From the NCBI GenBank assembly GCA_964188305.1, contig OZ076888.1: DNA of 64,000 nucleotides. One strand, given 5' to 3'. Positions 10,479-24,902 of this stretch are shown here, piece by piece. The notes beneath the pieces are model-generated. The model saw nothing but the letters and a program-made list of their open reading frames with translations, ran no database searches and was not told the DNA's origin. The translations under genes and the position numbers were made by a program. How positions within the stretch are numbered: position 1 is the stretch's first letter; each line of letters begins with the position of its first letter. This stretch comes from Podarcis bocagei (Eukaryota).

Positions 10479-13341
10479 CTAAAAAGTAATAAAAAAAATT
10501 AGTTAGGCTCATTCCCATGGGAAACATCTGTCAAAACATCTGAATTTTTATGTGTTAATGATGTCTAATGTGTTTTAGCTTCACTGAAGTCAACATATCT
10601 AGTTGCTGCTCCTGCAAACAAATCAGTTTATCACAATACTGTACTTTCACCAATTTAAAGGCATTTGCATGACATAGGATGCCTTGAGGATCTGCTTACT
10701 GCCCAGCAAAGTGCCATGTAGTAAATTTAGCAGAAATATTAATGTAATTGCCAGAAAGAAGAGATACCAGATTACTCAAGATCACCTTGACATATTTTTA
10801 AACAGCTTTTTAATTAGATTTTACATCAGTGTGCATTTGCTCAAGGGGTGGATTTGGTTCACAGCAGGGTTTCCTGACAAGTAATGACACACACTAGTGA
10901 TTTCTGTGAATGGGTACACCCAAGTTTTGAATGGTTCATAAATGTCATTTGCACCCTTTAGGTAACGGAACAGCTTCCTCATAGTTCACTTATTGATTCA
11001 ATGTATCTTAAAAAGCATGTTAGTCTAGCTTTGCTACCCTGCTATATTAAAACAAGCTTATAAGAAATCCCAATTAAACTATGCTTAAAATATTATCCAC
11101 TTTGGGTAGACTTTGTCGACTTTGCAATAGCACATAAGAGGATCTGAACCTTCTATGGGCAGTTTACAACTAAATCAGCCAAAGCTGTTTAATCACCTTT
11201 AAAATAATCTGGCAACGGGAACATAAAATACAATTATTTGAAAACTATTAGCATAATCCTTTAATTTGTTAAAAGCCCAGGCAGATATCCAAGCCTATGC
11301 ATAGCAGGGTAACTCTTCTAATTATATAGTTCTTTCTGCACTTTTTTGGTTTCATCTTCTTTTTTTCAGACTCTTTAAAAACAGCTGAAGCATGTTTCAC
11401 TGCTCCCTCAATGAAAACAAAGCAGAGAGGGGCTGGCTGGTTAATTTGTAGTTTAGCACATGTGTATTCATTACACAAAGGGTGAGTTAAACATGAGGAC
11501 CACCACGAAAAGCTGGCAGTCTGGTGTCAAGTTCACTGTGTGCTTCCATAACACAGGGCTGCCACTGGAGGGAACACCTCCCACAAATGACAGATGGAAA
11601 GCTTATTCCCCATATTACCAACGTTCTGGACAATTTGAACTTCCTTAACAAACTTCCATTTCCTTCCATTTTTCAACTGCCTCTTTATCTCTAAATTTAC
11701 TTTTTGCAGGAGCCCCTTAAAACTCTCGGCAGCATTCTTCTTCTTGCTACGCCTTAGAACAACATCTGACTCATAGCATAAAACTATTTTCTTTTGCTGA
11801 TGACTCATATAAGAATTGCTTCATTCACAAGTGAGCATTAGTGTTTTCTCTCATAGCAAGTGCATCTGGGATTACAATCCCACAACCACAGGACCCAGTC
11901 CATAAACCTGCTATATCACACAACAGTGTGGAGTGTTGTGCTTGGCACACCTAGAGTGCAGGGCATGAACAGGGACAAGATACTGCATGACTCAACTGGT
12001 CTGGAAGCAGCTGTGGCTCCACAGGCAGGTTGGCACCCAACACTTTGGTTGGGAGCTGTTGCACCTACAACAGAATCAATGGGTGCTGCAGAGCAGCTTG
12101 GCCATTTCTAGCTTGTCAAGATTCAGGTGTCTGTGCTGAATTGGGAAAGGACTGTGATTTTACAGCAGGAAACATCTGAGGATCACCATCAGAATGTTTT
12201 ATAGAAAGTCACCTAGATTGTCTTACAGCTAAGATGTCACTCATGCTTTTGGGAAAGGGAAATTACTCTTCTTGAATATACAATGAACAACTCTGCCAAC
12301 TCCTACTTATTGCAAGCTTTTGAACCCCACAAAACACTTTCATGCATGCCTATCTATGCCCTTTTGAAAGCAGAAGTTCATACAAGACTACAGAACTAAG
12401 CTTTTTCACTTTAAATGCACGTGAGGCATGCCACACTGTTGCTTCAAAAAGTTAGGCAATACTTGAACTGAAAATGAACTGGGTTTACAATTCAATTTGA
12501 CTAACCTTGAAACACCAAGTCTCAAACTAATTCCTAGGGCAACACATTGCATGAAACAATTACTGAGCTAGAGATTTTCAACTGACACTTAAAACCTGCA
12601 GGTTTGCAGAGAATTATTAACTAAGTTACCCCAATACTTATGTTTTGCCTGTTTTTAGGCATCCGATGCCCAGAACTAACATGCAAACATTCCCAGGGAC
12701 AAAAAATCTCTTAGAAGTAGTGCCTTGAATCACAAGATAAAAGAGGAAAACAAAAACTGTAGAGGGACACTGGTCTACTGTCCTGAATACTAAAAAGTTT
12801 GCTACAGTAGAATTTAATCACAGCAACATGCTTGTGGGCCAACAAAGACTTTAAATCTTAACACTTCTCATTGCTTTCTACTTTGTGTTTATTAGAATCT
12901 TTATCATTTTGCCACTTAACTTGCAAACAAAGTATAAATTGAATGTAACAGGCCGAATGAAGAAGCTGCTCCAGAAACTTGTTTCCATAGCCACCTTGAA
13001 CAAGCAAAATGCTAACTCACAGCAATCTAGCCAAAGGAGCTGTGGAATTATTCAAAAGCTTTCTCATGCATGAATAATTAAGAACTCTCAAAGGCCAGCC
13101 TGTTGTATCCTGAAAAAGAAACACTTTTCCTGTTGTGGTATAAATTATGACAGGGAATTCAAACTGCTTTACCAGGAGGCATACTTCTGTATTCTCGTGC
13201 CCTGTTATTCAGAGATGAGCAAGTGTTAAATGGAAAGAGGCAAAACAAAGCCAGCCTTGCAGGACGTATAACCACCACAATTATTTTTCTTTTAAGAGAC
13301 TAAGGTCCACCTCCAGTTATACTACAATGAATAAAAATATA

Positions 13342-13566
13342 CAGTGATACCTCTAGTTATGAACTTAATTTATTCCGGAGGTCCATTCTTAACCTGAAAC
13401 TGTTCTTAACTAGAGGTGTGCTTTCGCTAATGGGGCCTCTTGCTGCCACTGCGCCGCTGGCACACGATTTTCGTTCTCATTCTGGGGCAAAGTTCCCAAC
13501 TCGAGGTAACTCTTCCAGGTTAGCAGAGTTTATAACATGAAGCATTTATAACTCGGGGTACCACTG
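13342..13566. mobile_element. TA-flanked Tc1/mariner-pogo MITE, family A (inverted relative to the other copies)
   Basis: CAGTGATACCTC...GGGGTACCACTG; TA TSD; interior shared with 38510, 40813 and 60531. Confidence 0.85.
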
Positions 13567-14605
13567 TATAGACAGCTTTAGAGTGAATTTGACCACTGGC
13601 CAGTACTACTCCAACTTGCGGCAGCTGGACAAAATCTCAGGAATAGGCCTTCCCCATCACTACAATGATTTCGTCCCAATAATCAAGATTCCCTGTGTGA
13701 CCCCCAGCTACTATTGTCTGACTGGTTCCAGTTGGTGGTTGCAGGTATGAGTAGCTCAGAGGCCTGAATCTCATTTTATGAATAGGCCTGAACAGCAATA
13801 TTCAAGAGGCTCCCTAACACACAGAACTAGTATACAACAGAACAGGATTTAACCCAGCCTTTTCTTAGCATGATTTTTCCTTGGTTTGTACATTACCGAA
13901 GAGGTAGACAACTGGGTGCCCTTCAGATGTTAGGCTCAGAACTCCCATTAGTCACACTAGCATGGGACATAATTTCACCAGAGATTATGAGTGTTATAGT
14001 TCAACAACATCTGGAAGGCACTGCATTAGAGTAACATTAGGTATACGACTCTATAATGCAAGAATTAAGATTGGGGGAACAGGTTCTACTACCATATGTA
14101 CAAGTTCCTGGGGGCTGCAACGGGCCTTAGCTTCTCATGTGTACATGCAATAGAAAAACTCAAGTATGGATGTATATTATGGGAACATTATGGTTCATAG
14201 AATGTAGCCACACTAACTTCATCAATGTGTGAAGCTACCCAAATTTTTTAAACACCACCAATTTAGAATGAAACAACAGCCCAAAGATGTACTGAAACAG
14301 AGGCAATTACAATTGTTTTACTCTGCAATATATAAAAGCATCAAGCAACTGCTATAACAGCTTTTACTAGTTTTGTACATTCAAAACTAACGCCAAAATT
14401 CTATCAGGAATAAGACTCAAGTAGCAATACAAATGACTGTGGTGCCGGCTTGTTAAAAAGTGATACAAGCCTTCTGCATTGTATTGCACATGCGAAATAC
14501 CACAAATCTGTTAGTCATAGTGCTTAAGATTATAGAAATGGTAAATGTTGCACAATTGGCAAAATGGGTTGACTAATTCTACCTAAATTAAAGCGTGTGC
14601 CTTCA

Positions 14606-14743
<138 letters not shown>

Positions 14744-15188
14744 TCAAACACGAGTCTCAATTGTATCAATTTACAGCCAACCTTAAGTGATCAATATCAT
14801 AGCAACTCTTACACCGTTTTGTGAACTACAATACAGTACAGTACTGGTTTGTGGTTTATAAACAATGAATCAATATTTCTTATGATGCACCCACATTTTG
14901 GAGGCTGCTTGGAAGACTTCTGGATCAGATGATTAATTATCATCATCTATAGACCAATGCAGCAGCACTGTATACTAGAGCCACATGTGAGGTTAAGTGG
15001 AACCATTCCCGGCTTTTCACATGTTCCATATTACTGAGATGTTTGTGTCTCACGTTAATATGACTCAGGACCAAGTTTGTGTTACTCGGTTTACTCTGGG
15101 AAAAGGTATTTAATGCTTTCCTCTAATTTTCTTCATGGTTTTGGCGTGAAAGTGCATTTAGGATTACTGGCAGCCTAGAATCCCTGTA

Positions 15189-15430
15189 CAGTCATACCTC
15201 GAATTGAATGTGCTTCGGGTTGAGCGCGTTCGAGTTGCGCTCCACGGCAACCCAGAAGTAACAGAGCATGTTACTTCCAGGTTTCGCAGCTCACGCATGC
15301 GCTCAAAATAATGTCACGCGCATGCGCAGAGAAATGCGACTGGCGCAGACATGCTGTCGCGTCTTGCGTTCCATTCAGGATGCAAATGGGGCTCAGGAAC
15401 GGATCCCATTCGCATCCCGAGGTACCACTG
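15189..15430. mobile_element. TA-flanked MITE with related TIR
   Basis: TA|CAGTCATACCTCG...CGAGGTACCACTG|TA; internal GAAGTAAC/GTTACTTC palindrome. Confidence 0.8.
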
Positions 15431-17021
15431 TACAGTGTTTTTTTGAAGAAATATCTTTAAGCAGGAAAACAAGGCAAAGATAACAATAATTCATTTACAG
15501 AAGTATTTTCCTGTTAGACCAGAAGCAGTTCAGTTCTTTGCAGTATTTCTCATGTAGGGACAAGCCCCTTTTTACAGAGTTATGCCTGGTTATGAGAAGC
15601 CATTCAAAATTTTATGGGGGGGGGGAATTCACATCAAAAAAATGGAAACAGAACAATTCACACACTAGTGAAACTTATAAGGGACATTAGTAAAGGCTGG
15701 AAAACACAGTATAAGATAGTCATTTCTGAAACCATCAGGTTATTTTGGAAAGCTATGACAAAGCCTTGTTTTTTGGTTGCTACAAGGTGGAGCTTCAATT
15801 TCCTTCCTCAACTTCCTTTAAAACTGGCACAACTTCGACCAGCATGAAAAAGCTAACAGTAACAAAATTGCTCTGAATAGCAAACTGACCAGGTTAAGAA
15901 GAGCTATTTTGCTACGTTTGCACAGCTGTTAGCTACTCAGGTGCAATTCTGGGGCCATAGAATGAAAGCATTAACTCTGCACAAAGTAAATAGTGTTCAG
16001 AATTATTAGGAAAGAAAGCAAAAATAAGTGACAGCTGCTGAACAAGTCTATGCTACATATACATGCAAACATGTGCAACCCTGGCCACAACCACATCAAC
16101 AAGGTCTTGGTATATTTGAAAAATATACAAAAGCAACTAAATACTCTGGAGTATGCCAACATCTTTCTTTTCAAGTAGAGATGACCAACAGTAACTAGAT
16201 CTGAGCCATAAAGCAGTTTTGCAACTGGCACCACTAAAATTTAATCAAGGTTTGGTAAATTTTTACCCAAATATCACACGGCAAAGCCCTTACTAGAAAA
16301 GTTATGTTGCTCTTATGGTACAGTCTGACCGCCTATGAGTGGGTCAGAAGATGTGTATATGTCAGTGCAATATACTATGGACCTTGGGCTAAAGTCAACC
16401 TCTTGGATTCAGATATTGGCAATCCCTGTTTTAAGTAAAGACCAAGTAGCTTAAGCTTAGAGAAAAAAGAGGCAAGGGGAGTTTCAAAAAGAAGAGATAA
16501 TGGTTTAAATCTGAAAGTAAGTTAATGGAACGAAAGATTCCCATCCTCCCTTTTTCCAGCATGCCCTTTCCTCCATCCCTCATGATAAAGGAGAGCCCCA
16601 ATATTGGACAGGTTACTAAATAAAACTCCACTGTATTATAAATATGAGAGCTCTACTCAGTGACTGGATGGAAGGTGTTATCTGGCAAGTCACTCAATTC
16701 TCACTGGGGAAGTAACCCTGTGTCTGGGCTGTACCACTTCAAACAATATGGGGGAATTGGCATGACTGGGTACACCTCCATAAACAATAACTCTTTGCGC
16801 TTTGGGAACCAGCAGGTCAAAGAGAAGCTAAAACTCTTCTCGGCATTCAGTCACAAGAATCTGCAATCAGAAGTGGTGCAGCCCAGACACAGTCTAACTT
16901 GATAGATTTGTTGGAGGAAAGATACAAAGCACTTTGGCATTTCTGCATGTACCTAGAGGTGATAAATGCAACAGTTACACTGTGGTGCATGAGTTACTCA
17001 AAACATGCTAAGCAACTACTA

Positions 17022-17171
<150 letters not shown>

Positions 17172-17801
17172 CTATAACAAAAAAGCAGTTAAGGTCCAGG
17201 TCCCAAGACATCAACCATTAATGTCATATGTTAAAGATTTTACCAAGAAAAACATTCAACAATACTTGTGTTTCCATTGCTTATGTGCTCTTAGTCATAC
17301 TACAACAACTCTGCTTGGTGTAGGGGACACATCCCCCCAGTTACATTGTGCTTGAAACATTCCAAGCACCTTGTAAATGCAGTGCAACTACGGGAGTAAC
17401 CTCTTAATCCAATCTCTGGATCTAAACTTGGAACAGCAGGAAGGAGACATGGGATTGACGCCAACCTTGCAATGAGTTTGAGGAACAGTGAAAACATCCA
17501 GCTCTTCTGGGGGGGGGGGGAGAGCAGTGTCTTGGTGAATTTAAATGTTTGGTTAGCTAACAAGGTCAGCCAAAATATGTGGACCCCTGTAAATAAATTT
17601 AAGCAATGTAACCTTTTACACAGGAGATTCTGAAACACCTTACTTGTTTTAAAACCTTAAATTGCGAATACATTGCCTATGTTTCATTCCTCAACATGCT
17701 ACAGAATACAAGATTTCCACCCCTACTATAGCAGAGTTATTTCTCAAACTTACCCAACCTAAGCATGCTGGTTAAAAGATTTCTGTCAGATTGGAACTTA
17801 C

Positions 17802-17857
17802 TGTATAATTTCTAGGATTGATCTTTACACCAGCCTTTGCACCACCAAACGGCACGT
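17802..17857 (-). CDS. GLUD1: GLUD1 exon 3
   Basis: 56 nt; [19 protein letters not shown], containing the catalytic-lysine GGAK motif; AG/GT flanks. Confidence 0.97.
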
Positions 17858-18934
17858 CTGAAAACAAATGTTTGTGCTTAAGTTAAACAAGAATACAAAA
17901 CTTGCAAAATAAGAGTAGGGGTAAATGATGGGGAAAACAGAACCTGCCACTACTGGTGATGAGTATTTGGCATTTTCTATTTTTATTAACAAAATAATAT
18001 ATATACCCCCCCTTGCAAAACGCCAGGGTGGCGTACAGCAACATAAAAAGCCTTTAAAAGCAATGCAGATTGTTAACTGGCACTGAATCACAAATATATG
18101 GAGATAAATCATAGAAACTGAAGAATTTTGCTGAGCCCAAATTCCCACAGATTTCGAAGCTGGGAAAGAAAGCAGGGGAAAGACTATAGGACCCTGAGGT
18201 ATAATCCTAATCCCTCCTTAAAAAGGGAACACCTAAACTGGCCTATGTGTATGTTTTAAAACAATGAATTAAGTCTGACTTATGAATTAGTGGGGCTTAA
18301 CAGGCAGCTTTAACACCATATAAATTGTAGGTTGATTTGGTGTGCTCCCAAATCCTGTTAATCAGTAAATATGGTTATTCCCCATATAAACCCTCTCTGC
18401 TGCCAACACATCCCACTAATTTAGCCCTGTTAGAAAGTTCACAAAAGTTACTAACTGGCAAAGAATGTTTACTAGACTGCTGGGATATGGTAGAGAAGGG
18501 ATGAGTTCTGTCATTCCTGCAGCAGCTATATTTCTAGGTTGGGTGTGAAGGTAGCTTTTCTTCTCTGGCAGTCAGCTTGGTTTCCATGCTGGGCACAGAA
18601 GAGGGTTGAAGTGATCCATCTTCTCTCCACAACCCAATTTCCCTAGCTGCATGCAACTCTTTGTTGCCCATGGCTAACAGTCAAGTGCTTAAATAAAGGC
18701 TAGCTATGCTAATTCAATTCTAAACCTAAATTTCTTCTCATTTTAAGCAGATAACTGCTTCACTGAAAACATCAAATGAAGAACAGTTGGAATTAAATAT
18801 TTTATATATAATAAATACGTAAGTAGCCCATCTCATATTCTAATGTAATGCTTGAGATTTAAGTTTGACATGGCCTCAAGATTCTTAAATAGCATTGGCA
18901 ATGACTGAATGTACATGGACCTTTACAAACATCA

Positions 18935-19075
<141 letters not shown>

Positions 19076-19383
19076 TCAAAGGCTAAGAATTAAGTGCCAT
19101 TTGCACAAGAAGCATTGCAAAAGAATCACTGTGAAAAAGTCCCACACAAGCAATTTTTCAGTTCTCTGGAGTCAGACAAAAAACATCCCAAATTTGTATG
19201 CAGCAAAGGTATCCAAGAACTAAAATACTGCGTACTTTGGGTCTATGGACCACAATAAAGCTGTGTGTGTATTCAAGGACTAAAACTGAATACCCTTCCT
19301 TGATTAGTAGCAATTAATAAATATGCCAAGAAGCTTACTGACACAATCTGTCCTGAAGGTTTGTGCTAGAATGCATACCCACT

Positions 19384-20167
19384 TGTCAGGGGTTCAGAGA
19401 CAGAGGCACAGGTGAGGGAGGAGACGGAGAGCGACGAGGAAGAATCCCAGGACAGTGAGGAAGAGGATGACAATGACTTGAGATCTTCCATGAGTCTCTC
19501 AAGTGAATCGGAGGATTCTCAGGAGGGGGCGCCCCTAGTCAGGACAAGGGGGGTCACAGGGGGGACCTGCCAGGAGCAGGGAAGCAGCAGGGAAACCCCG
19601 AGCGGGAGTGGGAGATCGGGGCCGGCTTCCCAGCAGGAACGAAGGGAAGAGAGGGGGGTTCCCAGTGTGACACACGGAGCGGAGCAGGAAAGAGACAGGG
19701 GAAGGAGATCTGGGGAGAACGTCCTGGCGGAAGAGGCGGAGAGTAGTACAGGGAGTAGTGTAAGTGTCAAAAGGAAGGTCAGGGGTAGCGAGCGCGCGCC
19801 AAGTTCAAATGTGGAGGCGCGCGGAAATGGAGAAAGCCCGGAGGAGGAGCCCAGCCCCAAAGCACGAAGGAGGGGGGAACAGGCATCTCAGGAATCCGCT
19901 TCAGGAGAGAGCAGGAGGGAAGGAACCCAGGGGGGCAGAAAGACCCTGCGGAAAAGGAAAGACAGGAAGAGGTGGTCTAGCACAAGCCTCTTAAGTTGGT
20001 GCAGGGGCGGGACCGATTCAGAGGGGACTTCAAATGTCTAACGTTAGAGACTCGGGGCTGCGCGCCTCGGTTGTGGAATCAATAATGAACTGCAATAAAC
20101 ATCCTTGTATATAAGAAGAGCTTGGCGTTGGTCTTTTGTGAGCTGAGACCTGAGGCAGCCACTGACA
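19384..20167 (+). mobile_element. Solo LTR (784 bp) with an internal open reading frame
   Basis: TGTCAG...CTGACA termini; perfect 5-bp TSD CCACT (19379-83 and 20168-72); AATAAA at 20094; frame open 19385-20041. Confidence 0.88.
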
Positions 20168-22372
20168 CCACTCTAAGGAAGTTTTTAATGTTTGACTGTT
20201 TTTAGTATTTTGCTAGATGCTGCCCAGAAGGGCTGAGCAACCCAGTCAGATGGGCAGCAAGTAAGCAACAAAATTATTATTATTGGTTAACACCCCTGCA
20301 ATTCTGACACTGTTTTGCAGTGTTAGAGGCAAAGAACTGGTATACTCCAATTCTAGCTTTTATGCACTGGAGCAAAATGCTGTCTTCACATTTGGTTGTT
20401 AGTGTGTGGTTTGAAAATTACTACCATATGCAGGAAGCTGTTGCTCAAGAGGATAGTTTTGCTTGCTTGGAATACCTGAAGCCACAATATGAATAATTTC
20501 TACTTTAAAGAAAAAGAATTCTCCCCCTTCATTTTGATATTACAGTGACTTAATAAAATCTAAAATGTAAACAAAATTTATTATCCTTTGCCTTTTGTGA
20601 AAGGGGCTGGGCAATGACCTATGAATTACTTCCTCTTGATATACACTTGCTTACAAAGAAAGGACAGCTAAATGAGGTTTCAATTCTGTACAAAAGTGGC
20701 TTCTAGAAACTCCATTTGTATTTAAGAAACACAAAATCAGCTCAAATGATTCCTCTTTCAATTCTGCATCTAGAAAGTAAACTAATTGTTTAACTATAAT
20801 ACATGAAAAATTAGTGTTAAGACAGGACATGCTGCCTTTTTCAAGGAACTACTTGAACCATAAGTTGTGATGTTGTTGCCATTAAGAAAATATAAGTGCA
20901 GGACCATTGAGAGTTGAGACAGTACAATGAAACAAGAGCCATCCACACTGTTCTGCGTAGCTGCTGCATTCTGAATATGGGTATTCCCTTGACAACTCTG
21001 GTATCATTTGCTGGAGCAGAAATGTTTCAGTTTACATTCGCCTTCATTTCTGAAGCCAAGCTAGTAACTGCATATGGAGGAAAGAGATGAACCACTTTTT
21101 AATGGTAACATGCCTGGAATGTACAAGGGCATACAGTATTGCAGTGTTTGTTCTAGCTAGAGTCAACATTTCATCATTCCAGTCTTTCGGAAGCACATTA
21201 ATCGGAGGCATGCCTGCTGTCTGCTAGCACACTTAGGGTTGCCCAATCCCCTGAGCAAGGCAGCAAGTTCAGTAACTGTCACGACAAGTTCGTTCCAGCA
21301 GTTAGAAATTTACCACGTTGGATCCACAAGGCAGCTTTTTTTTTTTTAAGTGAGATACTGTACTGCTTTGTACTGAAAATGCCACCAATACCATTAGAAA
21401 GCATAAGCAGCAATTCAATACTTGAGAACCCAAACTACACTGTATATGCACTAGAATCACTCAATACCTGGGCACTCTAGATAAGGATATACATATTAAT
21501 TTGAGCATAGTGATAAAGTTTCAGCCTTAGTTTTCAGTCAACTTATTCTTTCCAGTTTGACTGGAACCAAAGACTAGGACCCAAAGAACTATGAGAGTAG
21601 TATGTGAGCTCAAAACACAGTGTTCCAAGAGGTAGAGCATTCATCCCCCACCCCCACATAAAAATCTTTTATGCTTTTCTAAACCTGCTGAACTAGTGCA
21701 AGCCCCTTGCATATGTAGCTCTCCTGAATCACAACTAAAGGCTGGAATATTTCCAGCTGCTTGGTGCTAGCATCAGATGTAAGTATACTTATATGAACTA
21801 TCTCATTTATTTTAAATGACAACCTTAATAAATGAAGGAGTTTGAGGCAAAATCCATTCAGCTTTGGACCATCTGCAATTAGGTGCACTACAGAATACAG
21901 AACACAACTAATCTTCAATAGAGTAAGACTGTATGTAATGTCTGTCTGGCAGCTACTTTTATTACACCCTACTATGGAACTGGAGCTAATTCAGCAATAG
22001 TAGGTTACAGATGTAATGATGAAGGTAAAGACCATTTTTAGCAAATGTAGTCATATTCCCAAGTCAGTGGAGTGGTGAAGTTGACTAGTCCAGAGTGCAA
22101 GCAGCTTCTGTGCAGTCAATTCCATCTCGTAAGTAAAACGAATAAAATATTATTGAATATGATGCAGCTGCAGTCCATATAGCAAAAAGGGAAATTGACA
22201 ATAATACATTAATGAAATGGTGGGATGCAGGAGTTACGTAGCCACATATATTTTAATGTTTAAAGTGCTGTAGATGTATAAATATCAGCAAGTATAGACT
22301 GTACTTAAAAGGGCCTAAAAAACTGCTTCAGGTATTCTGTGCAAGGAAGCTAGTTGCTCATGACTGCAATAC

Positions 22373-22745
22373 CTCAAGGATACCTCTTTCCATATGAACC
22401 TACCCGGACCCTAAGATAATCTTCTGAAGCCCTTCTTCGTGCGCCTCCTCCTTGAGAGGTGCGGAGGGTGGCAACATGAGAACAGGCCTTTGCAGTGGAA
22501 TGCTCTCCCCAAGGAGGTTCGCTTGGTGCCTACATTATACACTTTTAGGTGCCAGGCAAAAACATTCCTCTTTAACCAGGACTTTGGTTGATTGTCATCC
22601 AATGCCCTTAAAGAAAATGGGGGGGGGGGCGTTATTTGGTTGTTTCTGTTTTTATTTGGATTATGTAGTCTACGTTTTTATATTGCAATTTTATTTTGTG
22701 AATCACCCTGAGACCTGTGGGCACAAAGTGGTATATAAATTATCA
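22373..22745 (+). mobile_element. L2-like LINE 3' fragment
   Basis: GGCCTTT...GTGGAATGCTCTCCC...AAAACATTCCTCTTT ORF end followed by a CCCTGAG...GGTATATAAAT tail. Confidence 0.65.
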
Positions 22746-24902
22746 TCATCACTGATCCATTCAACTCAGCTACTGAATAAGATTCTGGAGCAAACCACCA
22801 CCCCCATAGATTGTAGTGGTACCAACTGCTAGAAGCTTTCTATGGCTTTTCCCAACTCCCATTTGAAATACTACAGAAAACAGCACACTAGTTTGGACAA
22901 GAGACCATGATGGGTCACAAAGAACATGTGCTCCAATGAGCAGCTTAGCTCTGCAATCAGATATCAAAATATCTGCAAAATTATCACCTGTAAGTCAAGC
23001 TGGGACTAGGGGAGACAGTGGTTCAAATAACCTCTCAGTCAAATCACTGGTGAAGGTATCTTTGCTCCCGATCAGCAAAGAAGGGAAATAACTATATTGT
23101 GTGCATTTGGCAATGCATCTAAGTTTATCAACATGACATGTAATTTTAAACAGCCCAATCTGTTGCATCAGCATACCAAAAAGGTTAAAATGTTGTATCT
23201 TGGCATTATCTGTTTGACGGAACACCAGAAGACTAAAAAGAAATAAACTAAATGGCAGGAGGATCTTGTTACTGATAGCTCACTGATACTTTGTTTTTAA
23301 TCAAGTAAGCTATGAAAACTACCCACTGTTTTATGAAGCTAAACAAAGAGCTCCATTGGAAAAGTGCTGAAGGGCAGGGGCAAGGCCCCTACATGGAAGT
23401 TACACAGCAAAGTTAACATTTCTTATTTGGTTGTGCACAATACTGTTATAACTCCTAAAACTCAAAGGCGAGGAGACAAGATGCTTTTCTGTAAAAGACT
23501 TAAATGACTCATAGCTATGCAAAATACTTTCCACTTGAACCAGCAAAGAATCTTACTTGTTTAGGGATTTTCCTTCCCTGGCACACCCAAAAATGCAAGC
23601 TAACTTAGAAAGACATTGTGATTTATTAACAACTGATTCACCTCCTTTGCAATGGAACAGTAGTGAAAGTTACTCTGGAATCATCAGCAAACTTGAGAGC
23701 AATCCTGTAACTTCTGCTTATGAAAGGAAGAATAAACTATAGAGTTTTAAAATACGTATTTCACATATTTTCCCCCTCTGGCTGTCTCCATATCAACACA
23801 CACAAACTAGGTTAGCACACTTGAGTGATCTGGATTTAATGCTATTTAGACATTACTAGATATATACACGTTAGGTATTTTTTAATAATAAAATCTTAAA
23901 TGAAAGGAAAAGTGAAGATGGTTGTGTTGACAATAAGAACCTTATTAGTATGAACAAAGGACAAAACAAGTTGGCCAATTTGTTTCTGCCTGTGGGATTT
24001 CCATAGGCATCTGGTTAGTGAGAACTAGATGTTGGACTAGTTGGGCTTTCAACCTGATCCAGCAGGGCCCTTCTGTTTATGTTTATGACATGAGCAAATG
24101 AAGTTGCCACCATACAAAGTCAGACTAATGCAGCATCTAGCACAGCACTATCTACTCTTGACTGGCAACACCTCTTCAAGGTCTCAAAGGTAAATCTTTC
24201 TTGAACTTGTTTTTTTTCATACAAAAAGTCCCATGTACTCTATCACTGATTTATGACATGTTCCGTAAGTACTACTACCACTCATAACCATACGAAACTA
24301 ATCCTATGAAGCTAACGAGTGTCAGATCACTATTCCCCATTGCAGCAGCCTCTACACAGCCTTAGGGAAGGGACAGCCAACATCTTATTAGGCAACAGGT
24401 AGGCAAATACCCCACAGCACATAAGGACAAGTCGTGTCATCGATGAATTAAAGAATCACACCGGAGTCTGCCAATCTGAAATTGTCTGTTTCCCTATTAT
24501 ATACATTTTTAAAAAACTGTATAGTACAATCTGAAGAGTACATGACTGCCAACATACACGGGCATCACTTTATTGGGGCCAAACTCAATTTAAGAAGAAG
24601 AAGAAGAATGAGAAGGCAAAAAGTTCAGAATGCTAGGGTCCATACTAGAAATCTATAGGATTTAATTGTTGAGCAGATTCATGGGAGGACAAACTACCTT
24701 TATACCAGTATTTCCAAATTTGTTTTGTTTTATGCACACTATAAAGAATATATGGTTCACTGAGTAAACAAACAGCATTTGAGATTTAAATATCAGCAGT
24801 AATTCAAAAGGTAGCAAGTGATATAAAATTATGTAGTTAGAAACAAGTAACCATAGGTAGTTTAATTTTTATGTTGTGATCCAACAGAGACACTTGCAGT
24901 TA

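Noticed and set aside
19519-19860. Antisense 113-aa Leu/Ser/Pro-rich ORF in the solo LTR
   Set aside because: Mirror of the purine-rich sense frame; opposite to the LTR poly(A) orientation
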